Origin: Thermofilum adornatum
GTDB taxonomy: Archaea; Thermoproteota; Thermoprotei; Thermofilales; Thermofilaceae
Assembly: GCF_000446015.1 (NCBI RefSeq)
Contig: NC_022093.1
Coordinates: forward strand, 330,001 to 362,000
DNA: 32,000 bases
Reading direction: 5' to 3'
Below are positions 9,927-18,097 of the stretch, piece after piece. The notes under the pieces were generated by a model. It did not search any database. It was not told the origin of the DNA and saw only the letters and a list, made by a program, of their open reading frames with translations. Numbering within the stretch: position 1 is the first letter of the stretch; every line of letters begins with the position of its first letter. The translations under genes and the position numbers were made by a program.

Positions 9927-10520
9927 TTGCTGGACGAGTTCAACCTGGTCGTCGCCACGTATAGGCAACGGGAAAACGACTGCATCTCGGAGCTATGGTA
10001 CTTTGCCCGCGAAATAGGAGACACAAGGTTCGACGCGAGCAAGACGGGGCTTCCCTCCCTTGTCGTTGCTAGGACAAGCCTAGACCCAGAGTTCTTCGCT
10101 TCTAAGGCATACGAAAAGATACTCGACAACCCCTGGTACTTCAGATACATACTGAAGCTCACGCCTATACATGTAACAGTAGAGGCGAGCCTAGAAGCAA
10201 TAACCCAGGCCGCCCTCGAGCTGGCATCGAAGAAGCTAGGCCCAAACGAGACCTACAAGGTGGAGACACACATCAGGCTCTCCGACCTGACGCGGGACGA
10301 AGTGATCACAGCGATAGCGGGGAAGATACAGAACAGAGTCAACCTCGACTATCCAGCCAAAGTGATACTAGTAGAAGTGATAGGCGACAGGGCAGGAATA
10401 GCAGTCATCCCTCCAAAAATGGTCGTCTCAGTCGAGAAGACAAGGAGGGAGGCTAGACAGAGACAAAAACAGCAGGAAAACGTCGAGGAAACGGGAGACC
10501 TAGACCTCGAGGGCTTCTAG
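9927..10520 (+). CDS. THUMP-domain RNA-binding protein
   Basis: 197 aa, TTG start. FNLVVATYRQRE... and YKVETHIR...VNLDYPAKVILVEVIGDRAGIAVI fit the COG1818/THUMP pattern. TTATATAG box about 35 nt upstream. Confidence 0.6.
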   Translation: MLDEFNLVVATYRQRENDCISELWYFAREIGDTRFDASKTGLPSLVVARTSLDPEFFASKAYEKILDNPWYFRYILKLTPIHVTVEASLEAITQAALELASKKLGPNETYKVETHIRLSDLTRDEVITAIAGKIQNRVNLDYPAKVILVEVIGDRAGIAVIPPKMVVSVEKTRREARQRQKQQENVEETGDLDLEGF

Positions 10521-11078
10521 AGCCATCCTGGCCCTCAAATGGTCTATCGCTTTTTCCCCGGGGACACCAGCGATTTCGGCATAGAAGTCTATTGACTCGT
10601 TCTTGCCTTGTTCCTCTACCTGGAGGCCTAGACTGCCCAAGACACCTTCAACTGCTTGCCGCAGGTCTTCGGGCTCAACCCCCAGGGCGAAGAACACTGC
10701 GCCAATCCTCCTGCCACAGCCCGAAGAGAAACGCTGCACGGCCACGTGTATGTTCCTGTCGCCCTGCAGGTAGAGAAGCAGGTCGAGGCCCGGCTTCCGG
10801 GAAATCGTCCTGCCTTCCAATAGGCCTCTACACGTGTAGGCAAGCGCGGACAAGAGGAGGCCGTGTGGGGGAAGCTTCCTGCAATCGTCGAAGAGAGACA
10901 CATATATGTTTTTGGGGAGCAGTGCCTCTACCCTTGGCAGTAAATCTTTGACGCATAGCTCTCCACCGCTGGACAAGCAGAGCTGGACCGCTACGATGGG
11001 CGTAGACTTGAGCCTGAAACTTAACGTGGACGCGTCCACGTGTCTTGCTGGCAGATTCTTTAAATATTGTTTTCGCAT
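10500..11078 (-). CDS. cgi121: KEOPS complex subunit Cgi121
   Basis: 192 aa. The core LLSALAYTCRGLLEGRTISRKPGLDLLLYLQGDRNIHVAVQRF resembles the Cgi121 signature (NIS-x-SLE-x-E-LLY-x-G-x-RQI). Its 3' end overlaps the THUMP gene by 21 nt, convergently. Confidence 0.6.
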   Translation of the reverse strand: MRKQYLKNLPARHVDASTLSFRLKSTPIVAVQLCLSSGGELCVKDLLPRVEALLPKNIYVSLFDDCRKLPPHGLLLSALAYTCRGLLEGRTISRKPGLDLLLYLQGDRNIHVAVQRFSSGCGRRIGAVFFALGVEPEDLRQAVEGVLGSLGLQVEEQGKNESIDFYAEIAGVPGEKAIDHLRARMALEALEV

Positions 11079-11085
11079 CTAGCTT

Positions 11086-11883
11086 GTGAGCACAATGCCG
11101 AGGCGGATAATAGGTTTTCTAAGCGACTTCGGGACCCGCGACTACTACGTGGCGGCAGTCAAGGCAGTAATATACGGGATGTGTCCAGACGCAGAGGTAG
11201 TAGACATAAGCCACGAGGTCACCCCGTGGAGCATACAGGAGGCCTGCTACGTCCTCTCGTGTTGCTACGAAGACTTCCCCCCGGGGACAGTTTTGCTAGC
11301 AGTCGTGGACCCTGGAGTCGGGACATCTAGGAAGCCAATCATAGTCCAGACCGAGAAGTACTTCTTCGTGGGCCCAGACAACGGCCTCCTGACATGCGTG
11401 GCGCCCAAGCCGTATAGGGCCTGGGAGATAACCCGTGTACCTGGCGAAAGGAAGAAATTCTCCTATACTTTCCACGGGAGAGACGTATTCGCCCCGGTAG
11501 CAGCTTTCCTCGCGTGTGGCGGCAGAGTAGAGGAGATCGCAAGAGAGTATGGTTCCCCCGTAGACAAGGGGTTCCTAGAGCCACGCATAGAGGACAGCAA
11601 GATACACGCAGAGGTCCTCCACGTGGACAGGTTCGGCAACGTGGCCCTGAATATAAGTGAAAAACACCTTGAAGAGCTGGGTAGGCCAAGGGGGCTAGTC
11701 TTAAAGATTGGGGGCGTTGAGCTGGCCGTGCAATTTGGGAAGACTTTTGGAGACGTCCAGCCCGGGGAGCTAGTCGCCTATATTGACAGCTGTAGATACC
11801 TGGAGATAGCCGTGAACCAGGGCGACGCCTCTAGGAGGCTGGGCGTGAAGCCTGGGAGCAGGCTAGAAATAATATTCAAGTAA
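11086..11883 (+). CDS. S-adenosyl-L-methionine hydroxide adenosyltransferase (DUF62, chlorinase/fluorinase-like)
   Basis: 265 aa. IGFLSDFGTRDYYVAAVKAVI, DISHEV, VVDPGVGTSR and HVDRFGN motifs are typical of DUF62. Start is GTG 11086 or ATG 11095. Confidence 0.85.
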   Translation: MSTMPRRIIGFLSDFGTRDYYVAAVKAVIYGMCPDAEVVDISHEVTPWSIQEACYVLSCCYEDFPPGTVLLAVVDPGVGTSRKPIIVQTEKYFFVGPDNGLLTCVAPKPYRAWEITRVPGERKKFSYTFHGRDVFAPVAAFLACGGRVEEIAREYGSPVDKGFLEPRIEDSKIHAEVLHVDRFGNVALNISEKHLEELGRPRGLVLKIGGVELAVQFGKTFGDVQPGELVAYIDSCRYLEIAVNQGDASRRLGVKPGSRLEIIFK

Positions 11884-11886
11884 ATG

Positions 11887-12939
11887 CTACTGTGGGGCCA
11901 GCCCTACACCCTTTACCCTTATGAGCACACCGTTAGGCGTCTCCTGCCTCGTATAGTTGATGCCCAATATCTGTCTGCACAGCTCGAGCGCTGTCTCAGT
12001 GTGGGAAGTCATCTCCGAGACCAGGATAGAGGACTCGCCCTGGGCAAGAGACATGTATATCACGAGGTTGTCCCCGGCGTGTGGGTCTACTGGCGAACCC
12101 TTCTCTACCACCTTTAGGAGCTTCTCTGCGGCCTCCCTCCCCACCTCTTCTGCGGGCTTGCCCTTCTCCCCCAGAGAGTCCGAGCCTATTATGCCGTCCC
12201 CCATCCTTGTCCATAGGACTATGCCCGTTCCTTTCCCGATCGCCGGCTGGTTGCAGACCACGTCTATCTTGCCTACCTTGACTCCCGCAGACTCCAAGAC
12301 ACGCCTCGCAGAGTCCTGCTGTCTCTCAGCTATGTGACATGGGAGATTCCCAACGTAGGACACGCCATTGACCGCATCGGGCCTAGACGGCTTCGAGACG
12401 TTTATCGGGTGGAGAGGATAGCTTGGCAATGTCTCCACGTTGACTATGCCGCCGCCCTCCGGGTAGAACCCCTCCCTGACAAGCCTAGCCGTGACCTGTG
12501 CACCAAACCTCGAAATCAAGGCGAGCAGAACCCTCTCAAAGTACCTGTAGGGCGGGCTCCACCTAACCGAGGTGCCACCAGTTATCCTCAACGAAACCTT
12601 CCCACGCGAATACAGCAGGACAGGCAAAGCGGCCTGCAACACGAGCGTCACGCTGCCAGCCGTGCCAATATCCACACTGTACTCACCGGGCCTCGGCGCC
12701 CTCTCCCTAGGCCTAAAAACTATCTCAGTAGAGCCCACCCTCAAGCCCTCGACCTCCCCAGACACGAGCTCCGCGATAAACCTCAAAGCCGTCAAGTGCT
12801 GGGGCCTCAGGCCCGGCGGGTCCCTCTTAGCCCTAATATTGTAGACCCTCAACGGGCTACCAATAAGGGCAGCCAAAGCAATGCTATACCTGAGCAGTTG
12901 CCCGCCCCCCTCCCCAAACGACCCATCAACCTCGATCAT
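11887..12939 (-). CDS. rtcA: RNA 3'-terminal phosphate cyclase
   Basis: IEVDGSFGEGGGQLLRYSIALAALIGSPLRVYNIRAKRDPPGLRPQHL is the RtcA N-terminal signature. The tracked ORF runs to 13023, but the first 28 codons are hydrophobic filler. The start is most likely the internal ATG at 12939 (MIEVDG). Confidence 0.88.
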   Translation of the reverse strand: MIEVDGSFGEGGGQLLRYSIALAALIGSPLRVYNIRAKRDPPGLRPQHLTALRFIAELVSGEVEGLRVGSTEIVFRPRERAPRPGEYSVDIGTAGSVTLVLQAALPVLLYSRGKVSLRITGGTSVRWSPPYRYFERVLLALISRFGAQVTARLVREGFYPEGGGIVNVETLPSYPLHPINVSKPSRPDAVNGVSYVGNLPCHIAERQQDSARRVLESAGVKVGKIDVVCNQPAIGKGTGIVLWTRMGDGIIGSDSLGEKGKPAEEVGREAAEKLLKVVEKGSPVDPHAGDNLVIYMSLAQGESSILVSEMTSHTETALELCRQILGINYTRQETPNGVLIRVKGVGLAPQ

Positions 12940-13140
12940 ACCCAAACCAACAATACACACAACAAGGGGGCCTAATAGCATTTTGCCCACAAACAGCATC
13001 AACCAACACACAAGCAAGAACACTTTTCAAGGAGACAAGGAATACACTAAATCGACCCACAACTAGAAAACTTCACAACGATTCTTCCAAAATTGCACAA
13101 TAAGAACCATAGACATCAGTGCCACCTTGAGCCCACCGAC

Positions 13141-13228
13141 CTTTCAATTATTTCTGAGTTGCATCGGGACAGGATACGCTACTTTCCAATCCTACTATAT
13201 TACCTTTCAATTCTTTCTGAGTTGCATC
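13141..13228 (-). CRISPR. Mini-CRISPR array, family 1: 2 repeats and 1 spacer
   Basis: Repeats at 13141-13165 (CTTTCAATTATTTCTGAGTTGCATC) and 13204-13228 (CTTTCAATTCTTTCTGAGTTGCATC), with a 38-nt spacer. Minus-strand reading is GATGCAACTCAGAAAGAATTGAAAG, ending in the canonical ATTGAAAG tag. A possible decayed third repeat lies at 13075-13099 (about 14/25 matches). Confidence 0.85.
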
Positions 13229-13445
13229 CGAAATTTTTTACCGAGGAGGGGTTTATATGTTTAACGTTTAGTTTTAGCAAGAAGTCTGTAAAACTGCCCT
13301 AGCACTCAAATTTACCCGTTGGAGGCTTCTGAAACTTCCCAATTGGGAATCTTCCCGGAATAGCCCGTTTGAGGTCGGGAAGTTTTCCCGTAATCTCTTT
13401 TTAAAAATAGGCTTCCCGTCGAGAAACTTCATAAATAACTTTTAG
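13229..13445 (-). promoter_or_regulatory. CRISPR leader, family 1, copy 1 (about 217 nt)
   Basis: Near-identical to 22253-22468. TATA-like ACATATAAAC (minus sense, 13251-13260) lies 23-32 nt from the first repeat. The distal half carries TTCCC/GGGAA palindromes. Confidence 0.8.
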
Positions 13446-13513
13446 TTTTCTTATGATGTGTGATTATAAAAATTGGGCTTTAATCTGGTTCTTGGCATTG
13501 GTTTTTGGAGAAC

Positions 13514-14155
13514 TTATGCGCTGGTTGGGGCGCGTGTTAGGGTTTTGTATGCGTGGGTTATTCGCTGTGCGACTGTGTAGTATGTTGCGGCGACGAGTGC
13601 CCAGAACAGTATGTATGCTGGTGTCCAGTAGTTGAGGGCTAGCAGGAGGTATATTGAGACCTTTGCTATGAGCCTTTCTGCCCTCTCTGCTAGGCCTACT
13701 CCTGCCATCTTTACGCCTAGGGACTCCGCGCGGGCCCTGGTGTAGCTTACTAGGAACTCGCCTGTGACGAGTAGGAGTGCCTCGTAGGTGCTCGTGAGGC
13801 CTGCCGTGTAGAGGGGCAGGACTGTCAGTGCGTCTGTGGTCCTGTCGAAGGTTGAGTCTAGGAAGGCGCCGAAGCTAGTGGCCCTGTTTGTCTTTCTGGC
13901 GACGTAGCCGTCTATGGCGTCCATTAGGCCCGCGAACGCGAAGAGGCAGAGGAAAACTGGGAAGGAGCCCGTAAAGGCGAGGGTAGCTACTGCGACGGCT
14001 CCAAGCAGGAAGCCGAGAATGGTTATTTGGTTGGGGCTGAGGCCCAGGGCTACGAATAGGTTTCCGAGGGGCTCGACTATTTTTTCTAGTCTCTGCTTTA
14101 TCCTTGTCAACACGTCTGGAATGACTAGTTCATAGACAAAAACCTTGCTGTGCAA
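13514..14155 (-). CDS. CDP-alcohol phosphatidyltransferase family protein (archaeal polar-lipid head-group synthase)
   Basis: 213 aa. DAIDGYVARKTNRATSFGAFLDSTFDRTTD matches D-x2-DG-x2-AR-x8-G-x3-D-x3-D. Multiple TM helices. TTG start. Confidence 0.85.
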   Translation of the reverse strand: MHSKVFVYELVIPDVLTRIKQRLEKIVEPLGNLFVALGLSPNQITILGFLLGAVAVATLAFTGSFPVFLCLFAFAGLMDAIDGYVARKTNRATSFGAFLDSTFDRTTDALTVLPLYTAGLTSTYEALLLVTGEFLVSYTRARAESLGVKMAGVGLAERAERLIAKVSIYLLLALNYWTPAYILFWALVAATYYTVAQRITHAYKTLTRAPTSA

Positions 14156-14175
14156 CGCAGGTGGAAAAAAGAAGC

Positions 14176-14529
14176 CTAGGCCTTTTTCTGGCTGAGTAGC
14201 AGGATTGCCCTAGCTATGTCTCCCCCTGCCTCGATGAGAGCCTTCCTTGCCTCTTCCTGGCTGGCGCCCGTCTTGAGTACGACTAGCTCGACGTCTTCCT
14301 GCGATATCTCTGGAACCTCTTGTTGCGCCGCGGCCACCTCTTCTTCTATGCCCGACACGTAGTATATCCTGGAGCCGCCCTTGATCTCGATTACCTGGAC
14401 TTCCGGAGACCTGATAACTATGGTCTTGCCCTGCATCTTGAGCTGTACCTCCTGGACGCCGTCAAGGGGCTTAAAGTTGAGGCCCATGCGTTCCAGGAGC
14501 CTCCTCTGCTCCCTATTCAGCCTAAACAT
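14176..14529 (-). CDS. nac: Nascent polypeptide-associated complex protein (NAC domain + UBA)
   Basis: MFRLNREQRRLLERMGLNFKPLDGVQEV...IVIRSPEVQVIEIKG plus a C-terminal UBA-like QEEARKALIEAGGDIARAILLL. The tracked ORF starts at 14553. The ATG at 14529 (MFRLN) is the more likely start. Confidence 0.9.
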   Translation of the reverse strand: MFRLNREQRRLLERMGLNFKPLDGVQEVQLKMQGKTIVIRSPEVQVIEIKGGSRIYYVSGIEEEVAAAQQEVPEISQEDVELVVLKTGASQEEARKALIEAGGDIARAILLLSQKKA

Positions 14530-14677
14530 ACAAACACCACAAAGAAAAACCACAAAGAACTATATAATTCTTAACACCCGCAAACAAGCACGAAAAATCC
14601 CGCACCCAGCCCAAAAACTCATTCTATTCCTTTCCCCACTACATCTAGTCCCATAGACAAGCACATAAAGGTAAAAG

Positions 14678-14956
14678 GCCCAGATCCATTCGTTTCTGAT
14701 ACCTTTTTGCCGATATCTTAGATATCGTTGTCCTTATTTTCTTTCAATTCATTCGTTCCTGATATGTTGCGTAAATATTTCAGTCGTATTGTCGTCTTTG
14801 CAACCTTTCAATTCATTCTTTTCTGATACAAATCCCATTAATTGTCAGTGTAAAGCGTAACAACACTTTCAATTCATTCTTTTCTGATACCACGATTTCA
14901 ATGCGGTCATCTTCATCTTAAAAAACACTTTCTTTCAATTCATTCTTTTCTGATAC
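14678..14956 (-). CRISPR. CRISPR array A, family 2: 5 repeats (the distal one degenerate) and 4 spacers
   Basis: Repeats at 14932-14956, 14866-14890 and 14805-14829 (CTTTCAATTCATTCTTTTCTGATAC). Variant at 14741-14765 (..CATTCGTTCCTGATAT). Degenerate terminal repeat at 14678-14702 (18/25). Spacers are 38, 39, 36 and 41 nt. Minus-strand reading is GTATCAGAAAAGAATGAATTGAAAG. Confidence 0.93.
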
Positions 14957-15258
14957 TGTTTCCCAGTGGTTTATTTTGTTGGGGTGTTATTTATTTGTTT
15001 CTCTGTTGTGTGAAAGTGTTTTTGTGCAAGTGTTTCCCATTTATCATTGTAGGATTTCTTTAGTTTTCTCATTGTGCATGGTAAATGATATGAACTGGGA
15101 AGAGGGACCAGGGAGGAATGTATTTTACAAAGATGCTTCTTCCCGTAAAGCGTTAAAGCTTCCCGTGGAAAACATTTCTACAGAGATTTCCAAGGGAACC
15201 CTTTCCTCCCACCCCGTATCACGGTGGGGAAATCTCTGTTTTTCTCTTTATCTTTTTT
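14957..15258 (-). promoter_or_regulatory. CRISPR leader, family 2, copy A (about 300 nt)
   Basis: Homologous along its length to 26459-26758 and 29366-29664. AAATAAATAA (minus sense, 14987-14996) lies 31-40 nt from the first repeat. It abuts the alaS stop region. Confidence 0.8.
15180..15239. repeat. Leader-distal 12-bp inverted repeat, copy A (ACAGAGATTTCC ... GGAAATCTCTGT)
   Basis: Perfect 12-nt arms at 15180-15191 and 15228-15239. They enclose the hairpin CCCACC-ccgtatcac-GGTGGG (15208-15228). A T5 run follows on the plus strand. Confidence 0.7.
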
Positions 15259-15312
15259 GTTGCTTGGTGCTTGCATGGGAAGAAGGCTAAGTTGTTGGGT
15301 GCTTGGTGGGGG

Positions 15313-18039
15313 TTATTGTTGTTGTTGGAGTGTTTTCTTTACTGCTTGGATTAGTGCTTCTTTTATGTTTTGGGTTTCTGTTATGTGTCCTTGGTATAGG
15401 TCGTTTACTCCTCCTCCTTTTCCTTTGAGGGCTTGGGATATGTTTTGGCCGATTGTTCTGGCGTCGAGTTTGTCTAGTAGGTCGTTGGTTATTTTGAGGG
15501 CGAAGTTTCCGTTTGTGTTTAGTGCTAGGACTATGCTTTTTGTGAGGTTTTTTGCTATGGTTGTGGCTGCTTCTCGTGGCGTGTAGTCGTCTGAGTGGAA
15601 GATGTATATGTTTATGTCGCCTATGGTCGCGGCTGGGGCTAGCTGTGGCTTTCCTTTTAGTGCTTCTTCTCTTAGCCTTTTTACTTCTTTTTCTAGCTCT
15701 TCTACACGTCTGGCTAGCTGTTTTGCTTTTGTGTCTACCTCGGTGTAGCTTGCCTGTAGGGCTTCCTGTATGTTTCTCAGCTTTTCCTCTGTTTCCTGTA
15801 TGTGTAGGAGGGCCGGCTTGCCTGCCTTGAAGATGACTCTTACTACTCCGTCTTGTATCTTCTCGAATCCGAGTATCTTTATGAGGCCTATCTCGCCTGT
15901 CCTGTCGCAGTGGGTGCCGCCGCAGGCCTCTGCGTCCCAGCCTGGTATCTCGACTACCCTTAGTGTTGTCTGGGGTACTGCTCCTCCCTGGTAGAGGGTG
16001 AAGCCGAACCTCTGTTCTGCCTGTGTCCTGTTCATGAGGTACTTCTTTACTGGCCTGTCCTCCATTACGACTTGGTTTGCGAGTAGCTCTATTTGTCTCG
16101 CCTGCTCGGGTGTTATGGGCTTGTGGTGGGTGAAGTCGAACCGCACGTATTCTGGGGTCTTCTGGGCGCCTGCCTGCCACACGTGTTTGCCTAGGACTTT
16201 TCTTAGTGCTCCTAGGACGATGTGTGTGGAGGTGTGGTGCCTCATGAGGTTTAGCCTTCTCTCGATGTCTATGTTGCCGTGGACCTTTTCCCCTATTTCA
16301 GGTAGCTGTCCCTCGCACTCGTGTAGGATAACGTTGCCGACCTTGTAGGCCGCCTTGACTGTGCATGTGCCCTTGCTGTGGCTTATCTGGCCTATGTCTG
16401 CCAGCTGTCCGCCGCCCTCTGGGTAGAAGGCTGTCTGGTCGAGGACTAGGTATTTCCCGTTCACGATGGCTACGACGCTTGCCTCGAAGCTATGCATTTT
16501 CTCGTCCTCGTAGTAGAGCGTCCTGGTGGGGGGCAGGTTTGAGACTGTGGCTGGGTCTACTGGTAGCTGGATTGCTTTTTTCTCCTCGGCTGTTGCCCTG
16601 TTTTTGAGCTCTGCGAGCTTGCTGTAGAAGCCAGTGATGTCTACTTGTAGGCCCTCTGCCTCGGCCTTTTCTTTGAGCATTTCTGGGGGTATCCCGTGGC
16701 TCTCGTAGAGCCTGAGGACCTCGTCTCCCGGTACAACCCTTGCCCCCTGGTTCTTGAGGGACGAGAGAAGGTCGCTGACTACCTTTTCTCCCCTCTTGAG
16801 GGTGTCGGCGAACTTTTCTTCCTCGTAGTCTATGATGTCCCTTATCTCGTCCTCTATCTCCTCGTATTCTGGGAAGTCGTTCTTCCAGTACTTTATCTGC
16901 CACGAGATTATCTCGCTGAGTGGGAGGTCTAGCTGGAGCATCTTTAGGAGCCTTATGCTGCGCCTTATCAGTAGCCTCGCCAGGTATCCCGCGCCGCTGT
17001 TAGAAGGCACTACCCCGTCCCCGATCATCCACGTGAGTGTCCTCGTGTGGTCGGCTATGGCATAGATTGCCTCGTTTGGCGCGAGGATCCTGCGGACCTC
17101 GTCTAGGGACAGGCCTATCTCTGAGGCTACTAGCTTTAGGGTCTCCATTGCTTCTAGGGGGTTCTTGTAGTCTAGCCTGCCGCTCTTCACTGCTAGCGAG
17201 TATAGGAGGTCTTCCGGCGGCTTGGAGACGCCTGCCTGCTTCCTGAGCTTCTCGACTATGCCAGAGAAGACTGCCTCGTAGACGTTGTAGCTCCCCGTGA
17301 GTAGCCAGTAGATCCTCTCTAGGCCGTAGCCAGTGTCGACGATCCTGTTAGGCATCGGTATGAATTCGCCTGTGTCCGTCGTCTTGTAGTGCATGAAGAC
17401 GAGCGTCGCTACCTCTAGGCCCCTGACCATGACCTCGTAGTCTTCGCCCGCGTTGCCGCCGCCGCTCCACACGTCGAAGATGAAGGTTATCTCTTCTGGC
17501 TTTATCCCGTAGACCTTCGTGAACAGCTCGTAGGCAAAGGTGACTGTCTCGTTTGCCCAGTAGACCCTCTGGTCGCCTATGTTGAATGCGTGGTGGGCCA
17601 TCATCTCGAAGCCCGTGAGGTGGCGCCCAGTCTTGCCGACGTTATCGAGGTCTGTCAGCCTGATGCTGGGCTGGGAGATGACTAGGGGGTTTGCTGGGGG
17701 CGGGACTAGGCCCTCTGTGACCCAGGGCTGGAAGTCGTATATCGAGGCGCCGACTAGGAAAACGTCTTCCCTCCACCTAGCGACGACTGGGTACCTCTTA
17801 ATGGGGGTGTGACCCCTGCTGGCAAAGAAGTCTATGAACTTGGATCTGACCTCTGTGAGGGACTCGGGCCTTGTGCCGACCCTTTTGTTTATGAAGCCGT
17901 ATTCTTCGCATGGCTGGTCTCCGCAGACCTTTCTGTCTGGGTTAAGGGTCCAGAAGGTCCTCCCGCAGACTGGGCAGGTCTTCTTTATCCAGCCGTTCTC
18001 CTTGAAGAATGGCAGGTCGATGAACTCTTCCTTATTCAT
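15313..18039 (-). CDS. alaS: Alanyl-tRNA synthetase
   Basis: 908 aa. Archaeal AlaRS N-terminal zinc motif (CPVCGRTFW), catalytic core, editing domain HHTSTH...CGGTHC, and C-terminal DHHA1-like region. Confidence 0.95.
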   Translation of the reverse strand: MNKEEFIDLPFFKENGWIKKTCPVCGRTFWTLNPDRKVCGDQPCEEYGFINKRVGTRPESLTEVRSKFIDFFASRGHTPIKRYPVVARWREDVFLVGASIYDFQPWVTEGLVPPPANPLVISQPSIRLTDLDNVGKTGRHLTGFEMMAHHAFNIGDQRVYWANETVTFAYELFTKVYGIKPEEITFIFDVWSGGGNAGEDYEVMVRGLEVATLVFMHYKTTDTGEFIPMPNRIVDTGYGLERIYWLLTGSYNVYEAVFSGIVEKLRKQAGVSKPPEDLLYSLAVKSGRLDYKNPLEAMETLKLVASEIGLSLDEVRRILAPNEAIYAIADHTRTLTWMIGDGVVPSNSGAGYLARLLIRRSIRLLKMLQLDLPLSEIISWQIKYWKNDFPEYEEIEDEIRDIIDYEEEKFADTLKRGEKVVSDLLSSLKNQGARVVPGDEVLRLYESHGIPPEMLKEKAEAEGLQVDITGFYSKLAELKNRATAEEKKAIQLPVDPATVSNLPPTRTLYYEDEKMHSFEASVVAIVNGKYLVLDQTAFYPEGGGQLADIGQISHSKGTCTVKAAYKVGNVILHECEGQLPEIGEKVHGNIDIERRLNLMRHHTSTHIVLGALRKVLGKHVWQAGAQKTPEYVRFDFTHHKPITPEQARQIELLANQVVMEDRPVKKYLMNRTQAEQRFGFTLYQGGAVPQTTLRVVEIPGWDAEACGGTHCDRTGEIGLIKILGFEKIQDGVVRVIFKAGKPALLHIQETEEKLRNIQEALQASYTEVDTKAKQLARRVEELEKEVKRLREEALKGKPQLAPAATIGDINIYIFHSDDYTPREAATTIAKNLTKSIVLALNTNGNFALKITNDLLDKLDARTIGQNISQALKGKGGGVNDLYQGHITETQNIKEALIQAVKKTLQQQQ

Positions 18040-18097
18040 AGTTATGACTCACCGAGAACAGATATATAAAATATGCGAGCAAAAAGTATAGGATGCC

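Noticed and set aside
12334-12975. 213-aa plus-strand ORF and neighbours (11957-12337, 12572-12844)
   Set aside because: They are antisense to rtcA, P/R-rich low complexity, and have no family resemblance.
13075-13099. Possible decayed third repeat of mini-array 1
   Set aside because: Only about 14/25 matches. The 41-nt spacing is right, but the identity is too low to call, so it is mentioned only in the array evidence.
13093-13302. 69-aa plus-strand ORF
   Set aside because: It reads straight through both repeats and the spacer of mini-array 1 and into its leader, so it is an artefact.
14976-15290. ORFs of 100-104 aa running through the family-2 CRISPR leaders on the plus strand (14976-15290 and 26466-26768), with similar predicted proteins
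   Set aside because: The similarity follows from DNA conservation of the leader. The products are F/L/S/C-rich, as expected from T-rich DNA. The third leader copy has an in-frame TAG (cta tag ttt near 29560) and other disruptions while its array is intact. The covarying inverted repeat would change the amino acids. No start context or promoter is evident.
15287-16180. 297-aa R/K/T/P-rich ORF on the minus strand
   Set aside because: It lies entirely inside alaS in another frame. Its composition is low-complexity and typical of an off-frame reading. alaS is unambiguous.
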